A stretch of 61,568 nucleotides of DNA, the filler included, from Bipalium vagum (Eukaryota): the NCBI GenBank assembly GCA_037834085.1. It is 3 parts of 3 records of this genome, joined end to end, with 100 filler letters (N's around TTAATTAATTAA, not from the genome) between each part and the next. Parts side by side here need not be neighbours in the genome. Positions count along the whole stretch, not along the records: positions 19,463 to 36,162 come from JBBMKC010097517.1; positions 36,263 to 61,568 come from JBBMKC010195608.1; 1 more part is not named here. One strand, given 5' to 3'. The translations under genes and the position numbers were made by a program. Positions 24,490 to 38,462 of the stretch are shown here, one piece after another; the stretch's first letter is position 1, and each line of letters starts with the position of its first letter. The notes beneath the pieces are model-generated. The model saw nothing but the letters and a program-made list of their open reading frames with translations. It did no database searches and was not told the DNA's origin.

Positions 24490-25320
24490 AATTAATATTA
24501 TGGTGTTCCATAAAAAATGGTCGTTTTGATTCGAAAAATTCAATAAATTTTTAAAATTAAGAAACAAAATACAATCTAGTGCTTTCACAAACAAGGGCCC
24601 AATGTTGTGCAATTTTCATACCATTCAGAGATTTAGAGTCAAAATACATTGATAGGCTCTTTTACAGATCTTCCTTGTTCTCAAACAGCTTACCTCGCAA
24701 TAAATATACCATGGAGAAAAACACGTGTAAGTCTGATGCTGCAGTATTGAGTGAATACGGTGCATGTGGTAACAGTTCAATTTCCTCTATATTTTGTTTC
24801 TATTGTTTTTTTGAGATATAAGGTTTTGCTTTCTCCGCTTGCATAGAACTCTATTCCAGTTGATTAAAACACATTTTTTTCGAGAATCTTATGAAGTTGA
24901 TTCAATTGTGCAGAATAGATAATTGAATTAATGCTTTGATTATTTGGAAGAATATCAAAGAATACATTTCTAGAAAACGGAAAATATAAACTTCTTTCCA
25001 AATATATCAACTTTAGACCTGTCACCAGATGATTCTTTTGTTGATAATCATTGATCTTTTTTGTTTGAACTATTCATCACAATCCACTTTTCATCCATAG
25101 CAACAATTCTTTGGAAAACCGCTTGCTAATGGGATATCCAACAACTTTTTATAAATTTGAAATTTTTATATTTTTTTTATCAACTTGTGAATCTGTTAAT
25201 TGATGTATTTTTTGTCACGTATTTTTTAAAATTTTTATACAATAAAATAATAGTTTATTGATCCATATTACAAGTTATATATGTATAAACGGTCATTTTT
25301 ATGGGATACCATAATAATAT
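24490..25320 (-). mobile_element. Degenerate mariner
   Basis: Minus strand RIVAMDEKWIV and ELLPHAPYSLNTAASDLHVF. Confidence 0.8.
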
Positions 25321-26199
25321 CTTGATGAGAATTTCATATCTTATTAATAAAATGTTAATTTCAAAAATATTAAAATCAAAATTTTCCAAAATAAATTAAA
25401 ATTAAAATAAATATAATAATAATATAAATAACATTTATTTTTAGAGAAAAACTTGAGGAAATTTTCATACAATTACACTGTCAATTATAATAAAATCTAA
25501 ACTTTAATAAGGTCTTATAATAAATATCATAAGAAAGTCATATATTGGTAATGAAGTTTTATTTTATGTTTAAAAAGTAATAAAAAATGAACCCTTGTTA
25601 CTTAAGTGTGAAAAATTTTATATTAATTATTAATACGAGTTTCCTAAATTTCCTTTCAAACTAATTCATTAATCTGATACTGAAATAAAAATTTTGCTTT
25701 GATTAATAAAAGAAAGATTTTGTTTTTATTATAAATTTTTCTTTAAGGTAGAAGATATACATCTCCATTCGATGTTGGTGTATATTATAAAAAAACTAGT
25801 CAGAGCTTTTTTCGATTTTTCAAATCTTTCAATATTGGTAATTTTACTGGTTCATTTTCAAGGGGTTGGATAAAAAAGAGGTTAAAAAGCTTCAGAGATC
25901 TTATAATAAATCAAATTTCATGATTGATATCGAGTCTTAAGATTATTGAAGACAATTATGAGACTTTTGGGATCCGTAATAATCACTGGTAATCTTTTTT
26001 ATTTTGACTTTTTATATTTTTCCCTTATTAAAGAAATGTGATTTAAAAGACTTAACTCATGAAGGTTTCAGTAGCCATATTAGACTGTCTATAGACATCG
26101 ATTTTTTACAAATTTTTCTTTATCAGTGAATATTTGCCACTATAAAAACAATTAATATTAATTTTTACCTTTAATAAATAATTAATACTTTTGTAGAGA

Positions 26200-28030
26200 T
26201 GTATTCAGTTCTAAGTGCTTGATTACAAATCTTGAATAGAACTAAGTTCCACGGTTGCAAAGTGAATGATTACTCATAGGAAGGTAATGTTAAACGTTTT
26301 GTGGTCTATGAGTGGTATTATTCATTATGATTTCATGGTATATAGAGAAACAATCACTGCAGAAACCTATTTTCGTCAACCCTGTGACTGAAAGAAAAAA
26401 TTGAAGTAAGAACGAGTATTAATGAATTGCAACCGTCTTTTACTTTTGAACTTTAATGCTTGTCCTCATATTGCAACATTAAATTATGTGAAGAGTGGCC
26501 CATATATAGATGCTATCACTTCTAACAATTACTATGAAAGATTACAAAGAAATTTTTGAAATCGTATTATATTGATCTTTTTATTGAATAATCTATTTAG
26601 TGATAATCCTCTAGATGAAGAGACAGCCACACGAATTTAACGCCAAGACAATTATTGCTTTTTTCCAAAAAAATTCACAAAATAAACTGGCTACGGGTAA
26701 TCACTTTCGGCAGCAAAATATTAAAACAATCCGGAATGTGATATCACGCTTTCTGAAGACTGGAGTAACAGATTACAAGTCATTACCATGTCGTAAACCA
26801 GTTGTAAACACTACAAGAACCCAAAGAAAAGTGTTGAAGCACGCGAAAAACAACAGATCACTGTCAGAGCGCGTGTCATCAAAGCAGTTGCATTCTGAGT
26901 CGTAGTACCTATCAGAGAGTGAAAGAAGTGGTTGGATTGCATAGCAGATAGAAGCAGAGGAAGCCTAAGTATAATAAAGGTCAGCTACGCTTTACAAGGA
27001 TAGTCTTCCAAGTGGCAAGAATTACTTCTTTGTTTTGGATGACGAAACATATGTGCTACTACATCCGACGCAAGTGCCTGGTAACCAATATTATTTGTCG
27101 GATGATGAAGCGGAAACATCAGTTGAAGAGTGTGTAGTTCAAACCGGTAAATTTGAAAAAAAGGTTTATTATCTGGCAAGCGTTGGCAGAAGATGGGTCT
27201 GTTTCAGAGCCGTTTGTGATTAATGGTACTGTTAATGGTGAAATTTATCTAAAAGAATGTATTGAAAAGCGTCTTTTACCGTTTTTACAAAAGTTGGATG
27301 TTCAAAGGCCAATTTTATTTTGGCCTGATCTGGCAACTTTGCATTATTGTAACATTGTGACGGCCAAACTCAACTTTGTTTCTAAAGAACAGAACCCGCC
27401 GAATGTGCCACAATTACGCACAATTGAAAATTTTTGGGCACTTTGTAAGCACAGATATCACATGCTGAATAAACCAGTTTACTGTATACCAAAAATGAAA
27501 CGAATCTGGACACGCATCTCTAAGGAAATTGCAGCTGAGTCTGGAAAAATCTTGTTTAAACACTTTCAACAAAAATTGCGTACTTGTTCCGAAAAAGGAC
27601 CACTTTCTGTTTAAATTTTGTATAAAAATGTTCTTGAATATAAATGTTATTCGTTCTAAAAGTTTACTTATGTTCATGTTTGCTGGTTTACCAAATGTAC
27701 AGGTTTGACGTGCGGTATCTATATATGGGCCACCTATATTTAGTTACGAAACTTTACCTCTATTACCTTACTCTTCAAACATATATCTTTTCTTATCACT
27801 TGACAATTTCCTAAGAAAATTTTTATAAATCTGGATAATGTTCAACACGCATTTTTTTCTTTTGTTAAATTATGTGATTAGGAGTTTTATAAAGACGGTA
27901 AACTCCTAGAACATCGGAAAAGTTCAATGTTTATGTAATTCGTGATTAATTTAATAATTAAAAATTTTTCAATGGTGACCTATCAACTTTTGATTTGTGA
28001 TATAAAAAGCGATAGTACATTTTCCCAAAA
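26200..28030 (+). mobile_element. Mariner remnant split by a nested insertion at 26491-27736
   Basis: KVMLNVLWSMSGIIHYDF...LLLNFNACPH lies before the insert; FSYETLPLLPYSSNI (decayed LPHPPYSPDL) resumes after it. Confidence 0.7.
26491..27736 (+). mobile_element. ITm DD37E-like element with TIRs, frameshifted
   Basis: TIRs gtggcccatatatagat / atctatatatgggccac. Motifs DDETYV, IWQAL, FWPDLATLHY and NPPNVPQLRTIENFW are characteristic of ITmD37E; D-to-E spacing here is 32. Confidence 0.85.
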
Positions 28031-31000
28031 TAATAATAAATAAATGCTTTCTACGAATATGATGATTTTTTAACTGATATAATTGATATTAATATTTTGA
28101 TAATAATCATTAATTTTTCTCACATTAATAATAAATCAACAATATACAGTTAATTGTTCGAAATTTATAAGTCACTATTCAGTAACTGTTTAGTTCTATC
28201 AAACTGCAGCAACTTCTGACTTGATATAAATAAAATGATATCAAACTTTTAGTTTATTTCAGAATAATATATGATCATTTTTGATGAAATTCAAATGATT
28301 TATTTGTATTGATTTTCCAGTTCACGTAAATGATTAGTGTTTTCTATTGCAAATATGAATGATCAACGAGAGATCCGGTTGTGATCCGGTTGTATTATGA
28401 TATTTTTTAATTAAATTTACACTAAGTAAATTTTTTGTTAACTTTTTCATTTATTCATTTTGTTTATATATTAATAAAATTTTCCATTTTATTACAAATA
28501 AAATTAGTGACAACTCGTTACTATTTCTATTTTTAATAATATAATATAAAATAATATAAATATTTTTTCTGGGTTTACACAATCTAAAAAACTTTCAAAA
28601 AAAGAAAACAATAAAAACCTATAATAAATAAAATCCGTGCCATATTATTATCTTTCATAAAGTTGTATGATGGTATTCCCAGTAAGTTCAAGAATTTCAG
28701 ATGAATGGAATTTTGAATTATTGAGAAAATAGGTAGGGATAATCAGAATGGTCGTCATATAAAATTACCAAGCTCTTTTCAAGGGTTTTGTGAATAGAAT
28801 CTTGATTCTTCAAATGGCAATATCGAATTATCAAGTTTATAGTGAGAAAGATTGAGAAAATGAAGAATGTTTATGATGATGGGATTCTTCACAGATGTTT
28901 CCTTTGACTCGAATCCGGAGTAAAGTAAATAATGAAATGTTGTTTCATTTAAATTTAAAGTGGTTCATAAGTATAACAAAAAGGAAAGGATTGTCTAATT
29001 TATATATCAAAAGAAATTGTTTAATTAAAAAAATATTTTTAGATTTGTTTTAAAGCGTCTTTTTGTTTAAATAACAGTGCAATCACCTCATTAATAAAAT
29101 TTCTCGGTAATTGTTTTTATAGCAATGAGGATTCAACAGGATCATAAAAAATTAATTTTGGATCATTTCTAAGCATTTTATCGCAATCTTGGATTTCTCA
29201 ATAGAAAACCAGAAACATATCAATCTTCTGACACTAATTGATTAACATTTATCATCAATATGATTTTATTCCTATTTTTCCTTGATTTAATGAATTTTCA
29301 ACATCAGTGATAATACTTTTGACGATCTACTCTAATTTTCTGCATCCAGTTTTCATCATTGTGTCTGGTAGGATCATAATAGTGTCAGACATGGCAATAC
29401 AGGAAACAAAGGGTCATTGTATATTTAGTGAGCATCCCGTTGTTCACAGCCTATGAAATGTATTTTGGGAAATTTCACTGAAAAAGGGAAAACCACAAAT
29501 TAAAACACACTGAAAACTAATTGCCAGAAAATTAATTAAATTCCAGGATACTTTATAAATTCCTGAATAATGAAGGAAAATAAATAAAATTTATAAATAA
29601 TACATTTATGACTTTCATGAAGACAGAAATATAATATTTTTATGATTAATTTCCAGTGCTGCTCTTCCCATCTGAGAATTACTGAAGACAGTTTTAGAAA
29701 TTTTGTCAGCACATAAATCTTTCAGACAAAAATGAAACAGACATTGATGAACTTGTCTTCATTTATCTTTATAAGGGCAAATATTAATCTTAATATTTTT
29801 CATTCTCCGAGCTGTCATTAAATTAAGAGTAATCTCGCTCTTTGAATTTGAGAGCTTGAACTGTGAATATATATAAAATAAAAAAAATGATCAAAATTTC
29901 TTTATCATTTATTTTTATCATTATATAAAACGGAGAGGAAACTACTTTTGCTTTTCTTTCATTTATTTTGATAGATAATGCGAAGTCAAAAGTGAACCCA
30001 TTTAGAATTGCAAGGAAAAGAAAAATAAAAAATATTTCTCTTTAATAAATTTTCAAGTGATATGAAAAGGATGGGAAAAAAATCTCATATTTTGATAAGA
30101 AAACAAATATTGAGCGGGAAAAGTTTGACATTTACGAAAAATCAGTGAAGCGCGTCTGATAGAATTATCTATATAAAGTAATATTGAGGAAATTTTTCCA
30201 AATTTTTAACGAGCCAATTTATCGTCCAAAGAACATCATCAATTATTATTGACTTGATAATCTCAATTATTCCCAAATATATATGCGTATAAGCGTTGGT
30301 TTGTTTGTTATTCTTTTTCAATTGATAAATCCACTTTGCTTCATTAGCATACTTCGGACCGTGGACGTTGAGAAATCACAGAAAATTACCAATCTTATAA
30401 TATTTACAATACGTAATTTAGAGACATTAGATTACCACATGCAATATAAACAGTTTTTTCTCATCAATCTCAAAATTATAATAAATTTTTATTAAAATTA
30501 AGATTTTTGTAATTCTGATATTCAAGAAAATATTCAGATCAAATTGATTTTTACTAAATCTATTGAAAATGACACTTTCTTCATAATATATTTTCTTAAT
30601 ATTTCATATTTGTGGCAGTTTAATAATAATTGCAAAGTGTTTTAATTCTTGTTAATTTTTAATATTTTAAATCACATCAATATAGATTGATTTGTCTCAT
30701 TACCAAGGAAAACTATAACTTGAGGTCAGAACCTAAACTTTTTACTTTTTTCGTTTCTGGCTGGCTCAACTCTCGCTTCACTTGTTGCTTAAAACAAAAA
30801 ATTATGTTTTTCTCTTCTCAAAGTATTATTTTCATTACTAAACCATTATTTTACTTCTTATGTTTGTAAAATATATTTTTTATCTTGTGACATCAAATGA
30901 TTGTACAATACTTGTATGTTTAACCTTCCATAAAAAATCTAGAACACATTTAGATAAATTAAATAATGTTCAACCACCAAAAACCAATGTGATCTTTGTG

Positions 31001-31387
31001 GAGATATTTTTGAACTGTTGCAATAGAAATTACACATTAAAATAATGTGGGAATAAATCAAATAACTTAAACATTCAAAATAATCAAAAAATTGGGAATA
31101 CATTAATATTTAATACATTAATACTTTAATACATTAATATTTAACTATTTTTACATCTTTTTAATTATATTTTTTATGGTGTTATGTCATTTAAAATAAT
31201 AAGATAATAAAAATGATAAAATAATAAGAATGATAAGAATAATAAGATGATAAGAAATTTTTTAGTCCTGAAGCATGGGACTTTGTATAATACATTTTAT
31301 ACAGAAATAATATTGATGGAAAATTTATTAATTGATATGTATGACTTAAACGCAGGAGAATCTATTTATAGACTTACTTTATAATAT

Positions 31388-31950
31388 TCAGGGTAGTAAT
31401 CCGAAAACCGGGAAATTTCAAAAAATGTATATTTACAACAAATATACATGAATTTCAAAAAAATTAATTATTGTCATTATATTCATTCAATTTCATTATT
31501 TATCATTTCATAATTATTGATTTTTTTGGATACCTAATTTGATGCGAAAAGGAAAACAATTATCAGATTTTGAGAGACAAGTAATAATTCTGTTTAAGAC
31601 AGAAAATCTTAATAAAATGCTCAAAGGTGATACCTGATTTTTCTGGAAAGCTTATCAAACACCAATTTGATAATGCCGTTGCATGTTTTAAAGCAAATTC
31701 GTTACAAATTACTCGGGAAAAAAATAGGATCCCATAAACAAATTTCTGGTGAGAAACGTGAAAATATGAAGGCTTTAGCTTTATCATCAGTTCGTGTAGG
31801 AGTGCTTCGTGAAAGGAAGCACTTGAGCCAGCGAGAAATATACCGACAACTGGAAATATCAAAAACATCCGTTTTTAATATCCTGAAACAATATAAGCTG
31901 AAGTACTATAGAAGAGTAAAGTTCAATTTCCTCACTTCGCAGCACTGTAA
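31388..31950 (+). mobile_element. 5' remnant of a Tc1/maT-like element
   Basis: TIR-like cagggtagtaatccgaaaaccggg; MRKGKQLSDFERQVI and HTH LSQREIYRQLEISKTSVFNILK. Confidence 0.7.
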
Positions 31951-33191
31951 TTAGCTTATCACAGAGTTTAGACATCATATCAATATATTTTTCAATCAAT
32001 ATTTTTTTGTTTTTTTTCAATTATTTTATCTTTAATAAATTTTATTATCTTACCTTAAATTAAAATTTTTAAAAAATAAATATATTTTATTAAAATCATT
32101 ATTACATGTTTATAATGTTAAATTTTTGATATTCTTTTTAAAATCAATTTGACTTTATCATATCTTTTTTATTTCAATATTTCCAAAAAAGTTGTTTTAG
32201 AATTTTTTTCTATTTCTGATGTTTCTAATTTGAAATTTAAATTTCAAAATAAACAAAAATAATTTGAAAAGTTATATATTCATCAGGTTTGAGAAATAGT
32301 TATATAAATATTATTATAACTAGTTTTGATAAATTTAAAGTATTTGCTGATTTAAAAATAGAAAAGTTAAATTTCCATTTCGATTTAAATTTGTTGATGT
32401 TAAAGGATAAAAAGATATTTCTAAATCATATTTTTGTTGTTAAATCGTGATAATAATAGTCATTATCTGAATTTAATTTACTCATTTTACTCATAGATTT
32501 TTGTACTTTTATCTTAAAAATTTTAAAATCTTTAAAACAATAATTATTTCACAAACTACAGAAATAAATATTTCCATTTTTAGTAAAAATTATAAAATAT
32601 TAAAAATTTATTTGATTTCTCTTCTTTTAAAATTATAAAAATAGTTTAGTTTTTATTAATATGAAAAAGTAAATATAATAAATTTTTTCCTTTTCAGTAA
32701 AATGAGCTTACATAAATTTGAGATTTATCAGATTTTAAAATTTTAAGAAAATATTAAAACATTTGTAATAATTTTTATTCTTCTTACTGGTAAATCAAAA
32801 GATGATTTAGATAAATATATTGTGTAATATTTATTATGTCTTCCGATACTAAAATATATTTCTATAATATGCTGATTTTTTTATTTATTACATTAAAAAA
32901 ATAATTAAGTTTTTTATTTTTTATCTAATCTATCATGTGGTTGAATCTATTTTGCTTTCTCAGTAATGGAACTTATTTTTCTTTCTGTATAATCAAAGAT
33001 TTTATTTTCTTCAAATTTTTGATTTTTTCAAAAAACTTTTTTATATTTTTTAATTTGTTAATCTTTGATGAACACAATCTTTTATGTATTTAGGGTCTGG
33101 TTAAAAAAGCATTTTTTTGAAAGAATACTAAGAGTATTATAATCAAGATAATTATCTCTGTTAGTTACATTTATATCCGTTGACAAGTTAT

Positions 33192-33568
33192 CAAGACTCC
33201 TTCGATTCTTCTTCAAATTCTACCTGGTAATATGCATTCCCTAAATCAATAGAGCTAAAATACCGAGCTCCCTCAAGTTTGTCTAACATTTCGTCTACTT
33301 TGGGTATTGAGAAAGCCTGTCTCTCTGTGATTGCGTTAAATCTTCTGAAGTCTAAACAGAGTCGAGTATCCTTCTTCTCTTTCTTTTAAACACAAATGCG
33401 CGGCGTATTCTAAGGAGAATTGCATCTTCTTATGATTTTATTTTTATACAGGTTTGAAATAGTCTAGTCTATTTTAATTTCCAAAGGCACCAGTTGTCTC
33501 CATGGTTTCAAATTAATAGTATTTCCTTTCGTCACAATCTTATGTTTCAACAGGTCCGTGCCAACCAT
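33192..33568 (-). mobile_element. Ty3/Gypsy reverse transcriptase fragment
   Basis: Minus strand KHKIVT...KPWRQ...IIRRCNSP*NTP..CV*KK..RLCLDFRRFNAITERQAFSIPKVDEMLDKLEGARYFSSIDLGNAYYQV; stops but no frameshift. Confidence 0.92.
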
Positions 33569-33753
33569 TATTTAAACAAATTAATTAATTAGTTTAAATA
33601 ATAAATATTTTAAATATTTTTAACTTTTTAATCCTCACAATCTTTTAATAACATATTATATAACAAATTTTTCTTATTTTCTTATTTTTATTATTATTAT
33701 AATAAAAAAAGTAAATATCTTTATTTATAAAATATATTACAGACAAATATTTA

Positions 33754-34310
33754 TAGTGAAACCTGCTTAAATTGAACACCATAGTGTCCTTGCTGAAAAT
33801 TTCAAATTAGAGAGGTGTTCAGATAATCAATGTGTTCAAGTTTAACAGGTTACATTACACATCTGTTTACACTTTTGTTCAATTTTACAAGGCTTTTGAA
33901 AAGCCATCCATTTGAAGCTTTAAAATTATGTAGTGATAAACTTTCAGCCACTTTTAATGCTTTTTCTTGAATGATAGGACCAGATATCGGAATATTGTGA
34001 GACCTGGGTACTGAAAACCAGTTATATATCCTTTCGTCCAATATAGCAGCATTTCCAGTTAGTCTACATAACCTTGTTTTATTTAATGACTCATTTCTGT
34101 TAATTTTATTTGTTAATTTGTTCCCTTCATTTTTCAAACTAGATGCAGTGCCTATTGAGATTCTATATTTCTTAGCAACAGCTCGTACGGACAAACAGTT
34201 CTTCAAATCATGGTGACATTTTATTTTCTCTAAAATACTTAAATTATACTTAATTTTTAAAGTGTTCAAATTTTAAAGTATACATGTTTTCAATTAACAC
34301 AGGTGACAAT
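33754..34310 (-). mobile_element. Internally deleted pogo/Tigger element (HTH_psq + CENP-B HTH only)
   Basis: ORF 33850-34269 reads SVRAVAKKYRISIGT and LDERIYNWF...IPISGPIIQEKALKVAESL...FKASNGWL; Tigger-like end tatagtgaaacctg with repeated gtgttca motifs. Confidence 0.88.
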
Positions 34311-34849
34311 AACTTATAATGTTGATAAATATTTTAAATCATGTTCCATTGCTGCTTGGTCAATTCTATTTATCAGAATTGGATTTAGTTTTGCAATTGA
34401 ATTTATATTTGTTTTACCCAGTCTCATTAAAATTAATTATTATTTTATTAAAATTTTCTAAATGTTGGTCAACATATTTCTTATTAGCAGAATTTTTTTT
34501 CTTAAATTTATTAGAAGATTTTAAATTCCAGGAAATTTTGCAGTTGTAAATTTAGTTTAAAAATTATGGTTTGTAATAGTTGATTGAATATCGACTATCT
34601 AACTATCAAACATTGAAATTATTTTCATTAATACTTTTTTCAGAGATTACATAATTTTTTCTTCATTCATACTTTTTACTTTTTCTTTCATAGCTTAATT
34701 TTAATATTATTCATAGATGTAAATATATGTTTTTTACTGTGTTCATGTTAGTTTTTATTACTTTTTGAAATATTTTTTATCAAATTCACAAAAAACTGTT
34801 TATGTTATTACCATTTTTAAATATAAATGTTAATATTTATATTAATTAT

Positions 34850-35542
34850 TAAAGGACTTTATGAATTATGAAGGAATTTGCAAAAATAGTTTAGAAAGTT
34901 TAAAGATGGCAATAGAAGTCAATGTTGACTAGGTGAGGTAATTGATTGTTGAGAACCCAAAACAAAGTACTGAAGAATTGGCAACAAGTCGTGCCGAGAC
35001 TAAAAGAATTAACTTTGTCGGGTTTGGATATAATAGATTTTATGTTTAATCTGACTTATAATGCTGTAAAGGTAGAGGTAAAGTTAATAATAATAGGAGG
35101 TAAAGTTAATGAAATTAGGACAACGTTAATTTTAAAATATTTATTTCTCTTATTACTATTACAAACTATTGACTCTAAAGGTTACCGCCAACAATTAGAC
35201 ATTTAAGCTCTTCAAAAAATATGATCCAGTTTGGTTAGTAGAAAATGGATTATTCTTCAGCATGATAATGCTAAGCCCCATGCATCCAAAATTACACAAA
35301 AAATTGACTACAGATTATCAATAACCGATTTTCTTTTTAAAAAAATTATTATAACCTGGAACACATAAGAAATGAAAAAGTTTTTTAAAATCAAAAATCT
35401 AGAAAATGTTATTCTTTCTGATATTCTTTTTTGGTATATAGATGATCAAAAAATTAACACTGTTAACGAATATTTAATCAATTAGTGTTTGTATTTTAGA
35501 GTTTTGTTGATTAGGGGCTCACAATTTACTTAAATACCTAAT
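34850..35542 (+). mobile_element. Fragmented mariner
   Basis: ENPKQSTEELA, TIDSKGYRQQLD and IILQHDNAKPHASKITQK. Confidence 0.75.
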
Positions 35543-36162
35543 ATTTTTCTATAATTACCTTTAAGATATAAAATCTTTACTATATTAAAATCAATCAATA
35601 GTTTTTAATTACCTTTCTCCTTCATGATTAAAAAGTCTTAAATATTTTGTGGAAGTGTTTTTTATTGAACTTTTTTATTTGTTAAATTTGAAAATATTTT
35701 TCTTTTTTGATCCTGGAAAAATAATTTTTGAAATTTTTCAGACATGTTTACGTTTTTATTTACTTTTGATTATTTAATTTGACTTTCATTTTATATTTTT
35801 TTTACTTCCTTTCTAATTTTGATATTTTTCATAAAAATATGAGATATTCCGTCTTTTGAAAAATAATTGTACTGAAAGAAATATATTTTTGTAATTTTTA
35901 AAAAAAGCAAGTCTCGAAAATACTTGAGTAAATAAAAATATTATTGTGAGATATGAGGGACCATTAACTACTTATTTTAATGGCAAACATCACTTAGGAC
36001 GGTATGAACGCAGACCAATACTACACAATCTTTTATATTTAATAATGATAGACACAATACTTTGCTTTCTTTGGTTTTCTCATACTATTAGGGGTTTTAA
36101 TTAATTTCCGCCGTTTTTAGAACAAAAAGAACATTTATTTTTACTACAATCATAATAAATAG

Positions 36163-36262
36163 NNNNNNNNNNNNNNNNNNNNNNNNNNNNNNNNNNNNNN
36201 NNNNNNTTAATTAATTAANNNNNNNNNNNNNNNNNNNNNNNNNNNNNNNNNNNNNNNNNNNN
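36163..36262. other. Assembly gap / artificial scaffold linker
   Basis: N44 + TTAATTAATTAA + N44. Confidence 0.97.
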
Positions 36263-36449
36263 TTCATCCGTAAATCCTTCTGAGAGTCGAAATCTTGTTA
36301 AGTTCTTGTAAAATCAACCTTTTAAGCAAAAACTTAACATCTCTAATAACAGTTGTAAAAAGTTCCTCTTTCTAAAGATTTTTATTTAATAAATTCTATA
36401 TGATTAGGAATGTTTTTTCAATCAAATCTTTGGTTTAATAATTATAAGA

Positions 36450-36775
36450 ACTCGGAAAAAGAAGCTCTGATTCCATATTTTTACAATAAAAAGAAATAGT
36501 TCTGAAAGCTACGAGGTCGTTGGACTCAATTTTTGTATCGTTCCTCTTTCGTAAGTTTTTACAAGAAGGACATCGAACAATTGATAATCTTTTGGAGAAA
36601 GTATCAGAGAGTAAGAAGTGTAAAGGATTATATCATATCGAAATTCGAACAATTTTCGCTACTTCATCACAAAGTCTTATTGTTGTCCTTCATTGTCTTA
36701 AAGAATTATTTTCTCTTAACTATTGACCATTACTAGAGTTAAAGGTTGAAGTGTATCTGGTCGACTTTCTCGATT
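36450..36775 (-). mobile_element. Highly decayed mariner 3' part
   Basis: Minus strand KIIL*DNEG...KLFEFRYDIILYTSYSLILSPKDYQLF, resembling LPHPPYSPDLSPTDYHLF. Confidence 0.55.
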
Positions 36776-36786
36776 TTCTGGATGAA

Positions 36787-36830
36787 ATATTTCACAAATA
36801 TTTCACAAATATTTCACAAAATTTTCACAA
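36787..36830. repeat. 11-bp tandem repeat (ATATTTCACAA) x4
   Basis: Seen directly; last unit imperfect. Confidence 0.9.
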
Positions 36831-37282
36831 ATACAAATATCACTTTATAATATTGACCATAATATAATCAGGGGGTAAAATAATAATACATCAATTGTAA
36901 AAGGAAAAACACGATACCGAAACTGTAACATTAGAACTGGAAAACTGAAATTTTATCTAAAAATATTCGCAAAATTGAATAATGAAATTAACCACTCTTT
37001 ATTTTTTACGGTCTATTAAATGTGAATTTATTTATAATTCTATAATTAAGGATTATTTATATCATATTTATATAATTATAATTTTAACTCATTGTATCAG
37101 AAATATTTTATTAATAGCCATTTTATATTAGATTCATTTTATAATATTATAAGACTATTTTTAAGTTGCTTTCAGAAATTATATTTTGGTTAAAAAATAT
37201 TTTCACGGTGTATATGGGGTGTTTCTTTTGTATATGCATATGTTGTAAGAAATAATATCACTTAAAATAAATTAATAAAACA

Positions 37283-38462
37283 TTGGGTTGTCTAAAATAT
37301 TTCCGCCGATTTTAGCAATTTGAAAACCGTAAGAATAATGAGACAATTTTAGAACTTTATCAAACTACATATGCACCATCTTGGTCGACAATATTTTGCA
37401 TTTTCTAGAAATCAGCTACTCTAGAACTTCTCTGATTTTCCGCTGAAAACCTGAGATAAATAGTTTTTGGTGTCCTGCTTTGTATTCAATTTACACCATC
37501 AAGGGCGTTCTGAAGTGACGAAACAAATGATAATCTGTCGGTATAATATCAGGACTATATGGAGGATGCAACAAACCTCTCAATCAAGGTCCTTTAAAGA
37601 CACATGTGGTCTTGCATTGTCACAATGCCTTTTCAATTATCACCACTTTATTGTAATTGCTTGTCACACTCAAGTTAATTGTTGATATTACAGAACAGAG
37701 TCAACATTTTGACCTGGTTGGAGTATTTCTTGGTAGATGATTCCTTTGTAATCCCACCAGATGCAAAGCATGACCTTCCATGGTGAAAATTTTGGGTTTG
37801 CCATGGTCTTTGGGGTGACACAGCATTTTAACCAAGATCGTTTTCTAAAACTATTCTCATATGTAATCCACTTTTCGACACCCATAAAAAATAAATTACA
37901 AGAATGAATCGATCTATTAAAATTTTCGGTGTTAACTCATGATGAATTCAAACATTCAGTTTCATTTTAAAACCAGTTTTTTAAAAAATTGCCTAAAACG
38001 GTTTGATGGTGAATACCGATGTTTAGTACTATTTCATGGCTGTCAATATGCCTGCCTTCACATTTTGAATGATTTGATCGACTTTTTGACATGTTAGCTG
38101 ACCAGAACGAGATGAGTCTTTGATATCGAAATCTATGGAACCGTTCACGGACTGCTCTATCAGATACAGCATCGGCATCATAATCTTTTTCGCAGCCTGC
38201 ATTGCATTTTTGTCTTATAAAAATAAAATTTCATAAGGTATCATATTTTTATTTCTATTTCTATTTTTTTTATTTCTAAACATAAATAAACTTTTATTTA
38301 TAAATAAAATCTCAAACTTCTTTAATTAATTTGAATGCTGTGATTATTAAATTTATGTAATTGAAAAATTTAAACAAATAAAATATCAATATAATTTAAA
38401 AATCTGTAAACGTTTTTCGCCACCTATTTACAAAATCGGTGTAAACATTTCAGACAATCCAA
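37283..38462 (-). mobile_element. Full-length degenerate mariner with both TIRs
   Basis: ttgggttgtctaaaatatttccgccgatttt / aaaatcggtgtaaacatttcagacaatccaa; GVEKWITYEN..RKRSW and KVMLCIWWDYKGIIYQEILQPGQ. Confidence 0.9.
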
